Positions 1 to 13,689 of a DNA stretch of 64,000 nt are shown here, in pieces. Location of the stretch: the NCBI GenBank assembly GCA_000165425.1, contig CT868060.1, positions 1 to 64,000 on the forward strand, read 5' to 3'. Below the pieces are notes generated by a model. The model worked only from the letters and a program-made list of their open reading frames with translations. It searched no databases and was not told the origin of the DNA. Positions within the stretch are counted from its first letter, which is position 1; every line of letters starts with the position of its first letter. The translations under genes were made by a program, and so were the position numbers. This stretch comes from Paramecium tetraurelia. Its lineage: Eukaryota.

Positions 1-5
1 GGTTT

Positions 6-1871
6 TCATGTAAATTGCTTGCTGACCCAATATTCTAGTTTTTCATTCATTCCAAAGTTATCTAAATTCATATAAATAATTTTATATGTATTCCCTTCTG
101 ATAACTTAGTATTATCTTATTCTAATTTTTTGATTTCATTTTGGATGTTCTGAATTTCATTTTTAAAAGATTCAATTTCTTTTTTATTTCTTTCTAATAT
201 ACCATTCTTTTTTTTTATATAACAATTCAAATTTTCTATTTCACCCTCTGCATCCTTTCTAATTTAGTCAGAAAATTTATTTTTTGTATTCAATTTTTGA
301 ATAATCTATTCTTTATTGTTTGATAGTTTTTAGAGTGTTTGGATTTCATTTTCGAACTCTGCGATTTTTGTTTTTAAATACTGAATTCTTTCTTCTTCCA
401 ATTTATTTTCCTTTTCTTTTTCTTTTATACTGGTTTGTTTTTAATTAATCCACGTTTCAGCATTCTTAATTTCTTGAGGAATCTCATGAAAGAATTTCTC
501 AAAAATCTATCTTTGCCAAGTGTCTAATTAAAATATAATATATTTGCTAAATGCAAGTTGTTTTTTATCTGATCTGTCCATTGCTTTACAAAATTAATTT
601 TTATCAATACCCATCATATTTTCAAAGTCGACTAATTGGTCTAGTGCTTCCATTTGATTTATGATATTATAGCTGATCACCCTTTAGTTTTATATCAGAT
701 ATAACACAAATTGCCAAATTTATAATCTCTCCATATTTTTTGTATTTTTTAAATTATATTGGTTATCTTATTCCTCTAAATAATTCAACATTTGATTATC
801 AGTTTTGTAAGCATCTTATATCAACATTGTTAAGACTTCTTTTAGTTAATTGGAGTTGTTGGCTTTGGTGATTAAAAGATATACAGAATTTTTAACTTAA
901 TTGTCATTAAAAATATTTGGAATTAACTGCCTTACATTTTCAAATAATTATATGATGGCGCTACTTCTATTTACAAAAAATGATTCATATGAAAGAGTTA
1001 AAACAATCGCCTTTATTGAATTACAGTTTTTAATGGTTTAATCAATACTAAGCACAGTAGTCAAATCATAAATATCTCCTCTAGTATCATCAAATCCAGG
1101 GCAATCACATAACATTAATTTTTCCTTCCTCGCCACTTTGTACCCTTGTACAAATGTTGTTTCTGAAACAGCTATTGAATGGCCTATTTTAGCAAACTCA
1201 TTTAGAGGAAGATCTTTTTCTAATTTTAATTTGAGAAATTTTCTTCCATATCTATTATATTCCTCTAATTCATGACCTAAATAATAATTAATGGAAGTGC
1301 TTTTTCCTGATCCTGTCCCACCTAAAAAAAATACTAAATCCATTGAGTTTACAGATTTAATGTGGTCAAATGATTCTTTGAGTAGGTCCATTACTTTTAT
1401 AACTTAAAGGGTTTTACTTTTCTTTATTAAATTTGTATAACTAGCCTCCAATACTAAATTCTTTAAAATAGTTTCTTACATCTCCTCTACAATCAATAAA
1501 TCGCTTAATTATTTTATTTTATTCATATTCTCCATAACTAAAGCCGAATTTACTTCTAAGGAACTTAACTTACAATTATTTAGCGCTAAATTATCTAATA
1601 AAGAATGTAACAAGCTTTAATTAATTTCCTCTTTCAAAAATCTTAAAATATTATCTTTGCATTAGCTAATTTCTTCTAATATTTTTAAATTTTTTTGATT
1701 TTCATCTAATTTCATCTATATGATTTATATATTCTCTGAAACATTATTAGGCGTTATAGATTTTGAGTGAGTTTTTTCTTTAAATTACCAACAATAGATA
1801 TCTTTTAATTCTACTTCTTTTATTTCAACTTTTTGTTTTTGTTAGTGAGTAAACCATATTTGTATGAATAT
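6..1871 (-). CDS. TRAFAC-class P-loop GTPase (AIG1/septin/GBP-like) with C-terminal coiled coil; probably the surviving 3' part of a longer, disrupted gene
   Basis: Open in ciliate code from the in-frame TGA at 1872-1874 to the TGA at 6-8. G1 GGTGSGKST, G2 SETT, G3 DCPG, putative G4 TKAN, then E/K/Q-rich heptads. First in-frame ATG at 1715. Confidence 0.65.
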
Positions 1872-3790
1872 TCAAGCAGTTGAAGCATTTGATTTTTTGT
1901 ATATCAGATTTATAATAGATGTTATTGTCAGATTCTTTTAAAAGTTAATAATTAAAATTTACCCCATTAGGCAAATAATAAATTTTATTTAAAGTTAATT
2001 CATATATCCCATATTCAAAGTTGACTTTATAATCCATAAATTCATCCTTTTATCGATAAAATTCTATTTTACACTTCTTATTTTCGGATAATTAATTCAA
2101 TAAATCAATTAGTTTTACTTTAATTTTGCATTAAGTAACTAAGAAAAATTTATGAACCATTTTCTAGTTTAAAACGGAACATTTACTTATTCTCCTCCTG
2201 ATATATTTTAACTTAAATAATTTCAGAGTAAATTGTTTCTTTTCCTTCTGGATCATTTAATTAGAAAAATTTCCCCAAAAAGTAATCCTCACTGTTTGAT
2301 AACTACTATGTGATGGTTTAATCATTATTTGGTTTATTTTTATAAATTTATTCAATTAAAGAATTTAACTTATAAATTGAATCCACCTTCAACAATCTCT
2401 ATTGTAATTATTCCATCTCAATGCTTGTCAATTTTGTAAGAAGTAGATTCATTAATTAACTTTAATTTGTAGTATTATCTTCATTTACTGTGGCGATAAT
2501 AAGTTCTTTAGGCAATAAAGTTTTTTCACTCTCTTCTAATTATTAGAAAAATAATTCTATGTATTTCTAAAATTTTATTTGCTAACTCTATGCCGACATG
2601 GTCTTTATTATGAAATTACTTTTTATTTCAAGAAAACAGATTCATTTTGAAAAGACTTATTTCTATTAAATTAATATTTATAGATCAATAATTTATTTTA
2701 ATCAAATCTATATAATATTAGGATTTCATTTGCATTAATATAAGAAATATTTCATGAAAGATTGATTGTTTTATCCAGCGAAGGTCAACATAATTTATTG
2801 TTATCACTTGATTGTAAAAAAAAACACAAAACTTAAGCTTTACTACTGCAAATAATTCGCAATCCCTCATAATGAAATCATAAGTCTTAAAGTGCTAATC
2901 ATTTATTGAATAATTTCAAAAATGTTTTCAGGTAATGGGATATTGTAACTCTTTATATTAATCTAAAATTTTATCAGCATATTATGCTTGTGTAGCACAT
3001 AAAGTTGCATAAGTAATTTAGGATTTCTAAATTTAATTTATTTGATTATCTTGATGAGACCAATTAATTCCTTTTAATTGGATATTCTTCATTAGTTTTC
3101 ACATAAACAGGACTTATTTAAAGTTGAATATTTAATATTAAATATGCTCCCTATAAATAATCGTGTAGATGCTGTTGAATTTACACATTTTTCTTATGAA
3201 AATTTTTGAATGAGCTTTAGTTCAAATTTGATCTATTAAATTCAATTAAAAATAAAAGTTTCTTTTAGCTCAAGTTTCAATAAAAAACAAGGAAATAAAT
3301 CCTTAACCATATTCTCAATTGAATATATATCTAAATCACCTAAATTATAATGGTGATAGCCCAACTCAAGTCCTTCAATTCCCATATTTCCAATCCAAGA
3401 ATAACTTGTCTCTCAACCTAAATAAATCGTAAAACTTTGTATGAGACCATCTTTAAATAAAACATATTTTCAAACGTTTATCGAAATTTTGACTTTATTT
3501 CACAAAAAAACTAGCAAAGTATTCATAAATATTAATTTTTTGAAGCACAATTTATTTAACTTTAATTTTTTGAAACATTTCTTCTGATCTAAATTTTTGA
3601 AACTTCTATTAAATTCTTCAGTCAAATTGCACAAGTAATTGAGATCATAATATTATCATAAGATATGAAATAAATGATATAAATGCCAATTTAACTAAAG
3701 TACATAGAATGAAATGTGGTTGAATTGTGTTTGCTTTATTTTTGATTGTAATTTTCCTCTCATTAACTTCCATCCTTTTGTTTTTCATTT
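1872..3790 (-). pseudogene. Degraded coding segment upstream of the GTPase
   Basis: Protein-like stretches (e.g. EMEQLQQRLLKVDSIYKLN..NDPEGKETIYSE near 2420-2200) interrupted by in-frame TGAs and frame changes. Confidence 0.35.
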
Positions 3791-3848
3791 GAAATATATG
3801 TTCATTACTAAAGCTGAAATTCGAGTGATTAAAGCTATCATTTTCATA

Positions 3849-5706
3849 ATGGAGAAATTTATTTAAATTGTGTTAGCAACAGAGGTACTTGATTTTAGCC
3901 AATAGAAGAACATAGCAACTATTTAAGAGTTGATTCTTCTTTTAAAGTCATAATTTTTTAAACTCTTCTGCAAAGGAGAAGAATTTGATTGATTTATATT
4001 GACTCATCAAAAATTCCAATTCTAAGTCTGAATAATAGGCAACAACAATGCTTTCTAATTTAAAAAAAAAAATTAGGTGTTTTTAGCATTGAAATGTTGC
4101 AAAAAATAAATGATCAAGAAGAATCAGAATATTGATTCAGCTAATGAACTGATTTCAATTTTACAAAATGAAATGGAAATTGATGAGGATATTGAAGATA
4201 TCATTTAGAAGCTTATGCTAAATGGAATCAACTCTCGCTCAAAATTAGTCTAATTTCCTGTAGAATCTTATCATTAATTGGGGATTCCAAATATATATTG
4301 GGTTGAAAAAACAACTAAGGGGAATAAACAATTAGTTTAATATAGTAACAAAAAATACCTCAAGAATTTTTGATAATGAGAACAGACGATCATTTACCTT
4401 GAAAAATTAATTGAAAATGACGAAATGTTATACTTACTACTTGTAACCTAAGAATTATTAAGATGGTAAAAATGACTAAAGTTTATTGAAAACTTTAGTT
4501 ATAATAGGAAAAAATCAGAGCTGGTAAATCAAAATTAATAAACTTTTTGAGCAATTTTTATTTTGGAGTTTCATATCTAGATTCATTTAGATCACTCATC
4601 GTTTATGAACCTAAGAAATTATAAGCCACTAGTTCAACTCAAGTTGCAACAGAATATATGGTAAAGGGATTTTACAGGAAATTTGCTCTAAGAAAAAATA
4701 GATACTCCAGGGTTTGAGACACACAAGGATATGTGGAGGATGAAAGAATTTCAAAAATAATAACAGAAAATTGGAGGAACTCGATTCTATAACCTTGATT
4801 TGTTTTGTATTATCATGCAATTTAAAATTTTATTTTTTTAATAACTTTTCCAGATGGCTCAAAACAACCTGAAGCACTTTCTGCAATTCAAAGAATACTT
4901 AAAATCCAGTAGTTAATCTTATATCAAAAGTAAGGAAGCCTTAGTGGATAACATTTAATAATGCAGCCTTATAAGATGAAAATCAGATGAAATTTTTGGG
5001 ATCAAGGATATTAATCATTTTAAATATTTTATGCATAAAAAATTTTTAAAATGACTTTGTTACATTGACACTCACCAAAATAGGTTTAAGATATGACATT
5101 TAACAAACCTAAATTTAATAGATGAGATATATTGACATAAAAAAATAATTCTAAATTTAACCAAATTAGTGGGGGAATCAAAAATTTCAAATTCAAGTAA
5201 AAGGTATTTAAAACAAAAAAGTAATTTAGGCAAAAATGAATAAGTAACTAACTGTAATAACTGCCATACAACTTGCCATGACGCATGTTTTGTTAGGGAC
5301 ATAAAATCTGCATTGTTATGTAAGGCGACTTTTGTGCAGTATGCGCCCAGAAACAAAAGAAATGCCATTCAGATGTTCATGATAATATGGAGTTTTATTT
5401 TGTTACAGAAGAACTAACTCAATAAGTTGTAATGGAAGATTTAAAAAGAAGATATTAAACTTCCTCTAGAGAAAAATTAACCAAAAGAAGGCCTACTAAA
5501 ATAAATGGATATAGAACTTTAAATTAATAAAGCAATCTACTAAATATTAATAACATCTCTAATGAAGTCTGTTAATAGATTAAACCAAATTGCACTTTAA
5601 CCAGCAATTAGTGATGTACAACCTGAATTAGCAAATAAAATAAATGATTTATTGATATCAATTTATAACCATAAATATGGTTTTTAAGGTATTTTGCTGC
5701 ACTGAT
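3849..5706 (+). pseudogene. Frameshifted AIG1/septin-like GTPase with Cys/His-rich (zinc-binding-like) C-terminal domain
   Basis: Motifs lie in different frames: IIGK/..AGKSKLINFLSN (~4500-4560), IDTPGF (~4700), TNCNNCHTTCHDAC then GDFCAVC..KCHSDVHDN (~5250-5390). Multiple indels and TGAs. Confidence 0.7.
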
Positions 5707-5799
5707 TTACCTTTAAACTTGAGACATTTTATTATTTGATGATTGAGAGGATATTAATTAAGGAATATCAGAAAAGTAAATTAATTTTGCATTAAAAAA

Positions 5800-8400
5800 A
5801 TGAATTAATCTTGTGTTATCATATGAGATTCAATTAACTGCAATAAACTCACTGACTTGAACTATCTAATAGAATTTCTCATTTTTCAAAATTTAGAATA
5901 TCGCATTTATCAATTTTTTTGTTTTTGTTCTCATTCTGTATTATTAATTCTTACTTGACTCCATGTTACCAATTAACAACACTTTTTTATGCAGAACTGT
6001 TAATTTTGTGGATATTAATTATAACTAAAGTTATTTCTCTTAAAAATTTACACTATTATGATATTATAATTTTAAGTTTGGAATATAAACTTTATTCTTT
6101 AAAGCTTATAAATATAGAATCTAATTTAATCTCTTTCTGAAGAAGTAAAACAATCTTAAATGAGGAGAGCTTGTGTTTTTATAATAGTGTTTTTAAAAAT
6201 GTTTATCTAAATACACATTAAAATTAGGTTCATTAAATAATAATCAAAGAAATAATCTATCATTTCCCCTTTCATGTGATAAAATAATTTATTAACAATT
6301 TTTTATTATAATTCACTATTCTGAATTACTATTATTATTAAACTTCAATTTTTTTGGAATCTAAAGAACTTTAACTTTACTATAAATTTTGGCTATTCCA
6401 TACATTTTGTAAGACTAAATAAGTACAAGGATTAAGTGCTAGTAAGAAATAGTTTTATTTAAATAATATTAATATCTCCTAATTTTTTAGGTTAGATTGT
6501 ATAATCACTTGGTAGCTGAAGAAATATGTCCTCACCTAAAGCTTGATCAACTTTACTAATAAAATCAAAGTTTTAAGAAATATTCTAAGATAACATAATT
6601 TGAATACGAGCTAAAATCTCATTTCTAAATATTCGAATGGATAAGAACAGCAGAATCAAATATTGCAGCCGTAATCTTTTAACATAATAAATTATAGTCC
6701 CCTTTCTGAGCCTGGTAAAAATCCCAAATTTAAGATTCATATCATTTAAAATTATTTACCTCCTATAAAAGATTTAACCTATTATAAAATGCATTTTAAT
6801 TTATCTTCAAAAAATCTAATATAATGATTAAGCTTTGGAAATAGACTTAATCTTTTCTTTATTTATTTAGTGAATTAATTGGCCAGATATCTGCAAGTTG
6901 GATCATCAAAAGAAAATTATGCTTAAATGAATTGATATTTGTACATTAAATAATTAGAAAAGAGGGTTAATTTTACCTGAAATCTTATGAAGGTCTGTTG
7001 ATTAGATTTTAAATTTTATTTGTATAGATTTAGCATCTTTACTTTAACTCTGCTTGAGCTAAAATCAATACTTAAGGTAATTGGATCTTATTTAAAATAT
7101 ACTACTTCAAAATATTATCTTGATAACAAAAACACAGAGATTTTTCAAGCTATATTGTTTCTGATGACGGAACTCTACTGAATAGTTTAATAATAATAAT
7201 AGTAAATGAATCATAATTCAAACTTGTGTAAATTTAAGATAATCAAATGTATCAAAAGGGATGCCATAATAGTATTTTAAATAAACAATAAATTGTGCTT
7301 AAAATTCCTTAGATTAAAAATCAAAAACATTGATGATTAATGAAACCAATTTGGAGATCTCCAAATAATATTTTTTTCTCTTCTTCAACATTCATCTGTA
7401 TCTTATATTTTTTATTATAACTCTATTTCTTCCTTTACCTTAGCCTCATTATGATATTGCGATAAATTTGGAAAATACATTAGAATTAAACTCATTTTGT
7501 TATTTTCAAACTTAATTTCATTGGATAAAGTTCAATTAACCTTGCTTGATTAGGGACACCTGATGTATCAGAATTTTATTGAAAAAAAAATTTATCAATT
7601 TATAGCTATGTAAATTGAATATTCATTATTTCCATAAAAATAACAAAGGAAATGATAGAAAGATTGTGATTACAAATTGAAAGTTTCCTTTAAAATTATG
7701 GTTTCTGTGAATGTGATTCAAATCTAATTTACAACCCTAAAGTCAGGATAAATAAGTGAAAATTTCTGTAAAGGAAATTGAATCAATAGTAACAATTTTA
7801 GATATAAAAGAAATGAAAGAGAAAACAATTTGATTTTAAGAAAATAGACCATTTGAATTCTAATTTAAAGTTAATAAACCAAATATCCTCCTATTGTGGA
7901 ATTTTTGTAACGCACTTTGTTACTATTTTATGTGTTTAGAAATAGTAATATTCTATTAGAACACCATTAATTTATAACGCCCTTATTTAAATGATTCATG
8001 AATCATACAATTTAAAGCAAGTTTCAACTTTTATTACTTATAATCCTTAATCTCTGGTATAGATTTTGTAGTTATTTTATTCATTTTGCCATTGGTGTTG
8101 AATATCAATAACTACTCTGTATCTTATTTGATTAAACTTAATTAACTGGAAATATATATGTAACAATTCCTTGTGCAAGATCACTCTCATAAATTTTTGT
8201 TTCTGTATTTTTTAATCTGATATACTTATTTCATATTTTTTGTAATAATTCGATTAACAATTACTTCCAGCAAATGCAATATTATTATTTTAGTTAATAT
8301 TTCCGATCTCATAGTGAAATGCATTTCAATAATCTCCTCATATAAATGATTTAGACTTACGAATTAGGCATGGGCATTATACAAAGTTTGTTAAAAGGGA
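5800..8400 (+). pseudogene. Heavily degraded gene, possibly a large membrane protein
   Basis: Short protein-like and hydrophobic stretches broken by frequent TGAs; no continuous model could be built. Confidence 0.25.
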
Positions 8401-9942
8401 TTAAACTCATTAAAATAATCAATATCGAAAATAGCTTTATTAGCATTATATATTCGATTAAATTTATAAAAGTTATTTTAACACAATTAAAGTTCTATTT
8501 AGATTTTAAATTTGTACTACATTATTTAGTGAATGTTATTAGGATGTAAAGTTTTTAGGATAGATTAATTGTAAAATATCTATAGGGCTTTCGATTACCA
8601 ATTGAAGAATGTAGTTTAAAACTAACTTTTTCATTAATTTTTGTATTTTCTGATAATAATAATCAACTAATAGTTGCACCCTCCCTATTTGTAATAAGAA
8701 ATACCTACAAAATTCCGAAATTATTTTGATTCAATATTAAACTGAACAACATATTGAAGGAATTCCTTCTTATCAACATTAATGACATTTGAATAATTAA
8801 AATAATAAGTTGACATTTAAAATTAATAGTTGAATACAATGAATAATAACAATGTTCTGTTTTTTTTATCAACGGAATTAGAAGCAATGATGTTTTGAGC
8901 AGGAGAGCATGAGTATTCTTACCTAATTCTCAATTTTTTTTAGTAGGAAATTCAAAATTGTCTAAAAATTTTCTTGTTAATTTCAACCATTACGTAGAAT
9001 CTCAGTAATTCCTAAGCTAACTAGAATAGTCAAAAGACAGCTTGCAAATTTATTGAAAATAAGATTTAAATTAAAGAATATCATCTGTGTTAATCAAATT
9101 GATGAGCAGATTTTAGTTTTTCTCTTAATTCTATTTTTTCTTTTGATTCATCTTTGTCATCTACCTTGTCAAATTTCATTGTTTATTAAAATCACCTGAT
9201 AACCTACATTATCTAAAACGCTTAAGGTAGCAAAAGATATTGCATAAATAACAAAATTTGATTATTGTATTTAAGTTTGAGATAAAAGGGCTATTTCTTT
9301 AAAATCTTACTGCTATAAATTTAATATTTCCAAGCGATATTTATACTATTGAATGAGCATTTTGAGAGGTAGCTTAAGTCAAAAACCATCTTTGGGTTAC
9401 ATTATTCTGTAATTATGTTAATATTTCTCAAGAAAATAATTTGAAAACTCTTGTATTATATTTACAACACTGCAGTAACTTACATTTCATATTTTTCAAT
9501 TGGAACATTTTAGTAACAACAAATTTATGACTGAAATAAGTTTTTGTAAATCTCTTTGTTATTAGAAATGCTTATTGACAAAATTTGTAAAATTGAGAAT
9601 TTTTATTTAATGAATGATATAATATTGTTTTACTTGTAAATGGCATTATCCTAGTGCATAGTATTTAATCTTGATAATATATTATTTAGTAATTAATATT
9701 TCCAATTATAAATATATGATCATATAGTATTATAAATTTTTAAGTTTTTTCAAAGAAGTTTAAGCGATATTTATAATGTAAATTATAATATTCAGAACAA
9801 TGTTGTGTTCTTTTCATTTTTAGAGGAGTACAAAGGTTATTCTTTAAAAAGTCGGAAAACCAATGGGTTGGGAGTATTCTGTAAGATTTTTTAATTAGCT
9901 CTAAATAATAAACTTTTTCAAAAGTAATTATATTAAATTTTA

Positions 9943-10386
9943 ATGGGAAATGGTATTTGCCACATTGGAGAAGTGAATGGGTAAGAATTAAAACGCTCCC
10001 ACGATAAAATATAAGTTAATCATCTAATAGATCTTCCTAATTCATTCGCTTAAAGTCCTTCTAAACCAACAATAGAAACACAAAACCCAACAATTAGTTT
10101 AAATTAAGATGATTGCTATGATATCCTTCTAACAAGTTCTTTAGATATGGTTCATTTAGATTAAGATGCAACATCATTAAAAAAGTATGACTACAAAGGC
10201 AAAACTAAGATAAGTACATTACCGATATTGCCTGAATTAGCAAAAGATTCATTGAATTCAGGCAATCTAACTGAGCTATAGCTTCCTCATAGCTCAACAA
10301 TTGAACCGAAGCCCATTTTAAAAATATGTGAGTAATTAAAGAGTAATTAAAGCAAAAAGAAAGTAAGATTTAATGATGATGATTGA
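9943..10386 (+). CDS. 147-aa hypothetical protein with N-terminal MG and C-terminal PILK + KKVRF motifs (candidate PP1-interacting protein)
   Basis: Single exon: MGNGICHIG...EPKPILKICEQLKSNQSKKKVRFNDDD*. Confidence 0.75.
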
Positions 10387-10611
10387 AATTTTGAATTAAA
10401 TATGTTTATTACAGTTGATTTACTATATCTTAAATACGAGAAAAGTCTTGTAATTACAATTTATTAAAAATTATAATTTTTAATTTTCAATATTTTATGA
10501 ATCCACTCTCAGGTTATTGAGTTGAACGAATTATTAGTTAATTTATATTAAATTACTTCAATAATTGAATGAAAGCATACATTATATAATTTTATATATA
10601 TATCTTTTATA

Positions 10612-13600
10612 TCATTAAAGGTAATTGTAAAGCATTTGTAGTTGAACAAAAGCATCGTTAAATTGATCTTGCTTTTAATAAAGCTATTGTTTCAAAATGG
10701 ATGCTTTTTAAATGAACTATTGTTGCCATAGAGCAGACTTTTTTTGGGAAACTCGTTGTTGAATGGAAACAAACAAAGAATCATAGATATTGGGATGCTT
10801 TTTCAGATGATTGTATAGAATTTTCCCAATCTCTTAGACTCTTTGATTATAAATGTAGGCAGCTATCAATAGGTCTTCCAGAATGAATTGAATAAGTACC
10901 TAGATGCATTAAAATATATTATACATAATGTCTATTTAAAATATCTGGCTTATCTTTGGCAATTTCAAATATTTTGATTGCTAAGGTGAATGTTTGTTTT
11001 TCTTATATTCTAATAGCTTTGTTAGCAAATTCAAGTATTAAATGTGAGTCATTTGGATTCATCTTGTTATTTGAAAGTTCAAATTCAACCAGCCATTCGC
11101 ATACTCGATATAAAGGTTCCATTTTGTGAATAAGAACGTTAAGATCATTTAAATTTATCAGGTGCAAGAGTTTGTAAATTAATTGGAGTATCTATTCCTT
11201 GACTTTGACTTTACTTGTCAAGCATTGTCTCATGTATTTAAAATTAACAAACAATTTAAGTAACTTTCTTATAGGTCGATAATAAACTTAGTATATTTTT
11301 TTTTCACTTTTTTCTCCAAGTTGTCTCTCCTAATTGAAATCATTATTGTTTCTGGTTAACCAATCAACATAGTAATGTGATAAGCTATAGATCCATTCAT
11401 ACATTTCATCAACAATCTCACTTCTTAGTGATTTGACTGAATCTATGCTTATCATTTTTTTTGTGAATATCAATAAAGTGATGGAGGTTTCAGATATGGG
11501 ATTCAATTGTAGAAATTATTTGAATTAATTAAATCTTTCTTGTTCCCACATCATGGTCATAATTTATTTATATGAAAATCTACCATTTGCATTTAACAGA
11601 CTCTTGAAAATATACATGATCGATTGGATGTCTTACAAATTAGTCACTAAGCCATTCAAACCTACCAAAAATTAATTGAGTAAATTATCGCAATCTTCAG
11701 AATTGTAGAATGCTTCATTTTGAGCATTATAAATACTACACTTAATGCTGTAATAGAGCTCTTATAACTCTGTATCTTGGATTAATTGGAAATGATCAAA
11801 AATACCCAAGCATTCAGCTGGAACTATGATATTATTGATTGTGCATGTGTAGTTGTTGTAGACTTAATCTTTTTCGAATCTGATTTTTGAATTGCTAATT
11901 AATCTTAGACATTTTTTGAGTAGATTTGTATCGGTGATTGTTAGCAGTTGTGTGAAATCAAAGAAGAGTTTTCTCTCTATTTGTATCTATTGCATAATTG
12001 GTTCAAATTTGATGAGTAGATCAGAATCGAATAAGGCTGACCAAAGATAATAGTAAAACTTGGTTTGGATTCCATTGGATAGCAAATGAGCATTGATTTT
12101 CCAAAGGACATCAATTAATTCAATGAAAAAGGCCTGATAATTGAATTGATTAAAAGTCTCAAGATCAAAAGGATATAGAAATCTTTCCATACTTTAATAA
12201 TGGCGTAATTTAACCAAGACATCTAATTAATATGAGGTAGAATAAACCAAACTTTTGAATCCAAGCAATAAGAAATCGAATGCATGCACAACGATTTTTA
12301 AATTACTCAAATTTTAAGCAATAAATTACTAAAAGAATGTGAAGTAGTCTTTGTTGATAAATTATGTAATGACCTTGATATTGTATCTAATATTTTAGTA
12401 ATACTAATTCTCTGTAAGCAAGACCTCAGTCTGAGACAATACCCAATTGCTAAAGAAGTTATAAATAATCTGAATAAAGAGTTAATTAAAGTATTCCTTA
12501 TTGCAGTTTGGCATCTGTCTGTAATATCTACAAATTTCCCTTAAAAATCTAAATACTTGAACTTATTATTCAATTGTATTGGCTTTAGCGAACAACTACA
12601 TGTTAAATACAAGCCAATCTTAGTTAGTATTGGCGTAGATGGTTCGACATGAAAACTTCAAGAGTTTAACAAGATCTAATTGAGTGGGATCGAGTTTCTA
12701 AACTTCTTGAGTCATGAAAAGGATGAGGTCCAGAGCTCTCTGTTCTTTGAGGAAATGCTTTTTGAATATTTTACAGATTTTGCCAAGTACATTCCATAGT
12801 ATATTGCATTGAGGTAGGAGTCTGAGTAGCAATTAGATAAATTCAGGATCTAGAATGCTAGACCATAATCTTTTAATGTCTGAACGTGTAGGATCTACCC
12901 ATTGTAGATTAGAGTTTTCAATCATCAGTTGTTGTATCTCTGCTTCAATGAAACAAGGGTTGAATCTTGATAATTGACATTGAAGGGAGTTGTTATTTTT
13001 AATGTCAGCCCTCCTTAGTTTGTGAAAGTCTTTTTCTTTGGTGTCTGTAATGAATTCTCCTTCCATAATTAGACTAAACAGGTTGATGGCTTTGTCAATA
13101 AGATCAACGTAGTTATTTTTTAAGATTAACATGATACTGTTGAGTAATAGCTCGAGGTTATTTTTGTAGAAGTAATTCTTAACTGCCCTGTGTTGGGAAT
13201 CAAGTGTAATTACGGCGATTTTATGTAACTTGTGATTGGGTGTGAGTCTTCTAATAACAGCTTCTAGAATGGCGAAGGCGGCTATTGGTTTTGCACTTAA
13301 GAGTTCTTGAATGTATAAATTGAAGGAGTTTGTAGGAAGTTTGTCTTAGAAATGAAACATAATTGTTGCTAAAATTGAGCCTAAAAAATGATAAACCGGT
13401 TTTGAAGTAGAATTGATTTTTCTGATGATTTGAAAGACTCCTTGATAAATGTTTTCGAAGCAGGTGATTTCTTGGTGGTTGGTATCGATATATGTGGCAA
13501 TCAGGGATCCGATTATTTATAATGTTAATTCTTTTTCAGTTTGGTTGGCCATATGGAAGAGATTGATCAAGAGTTCTTGGTTCATTGACCTATAGAGTTG

Positions 13601-13654
13601 ATCAACTTGGGTTTGGAATTGACAGATAAGGACATTTTCATCTAAAATATTCAT
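10612..13654 (-). CDS. ~1005-aa alpha-helical (HEAT/ARM-like) protein, possibly karyopherin/exportin-like
   Basis: Long frame with one 25-nt intron (10900-10924) giving 3018 nt; Leu/Ile/Phe-rich amphipathic helices throughout. Family assignment is inference. Confidence 0.7.
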
Positions 13655-13689
13655 AGTAAATATATTAATAAATAATAGTTGACTTCAAA

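Noticed and set aside
8440..9600. Possible minus-strand gene with an intron near 8685-8708
   Set aside because: In-frame TGAs prevent a coherent model; probably a relic.
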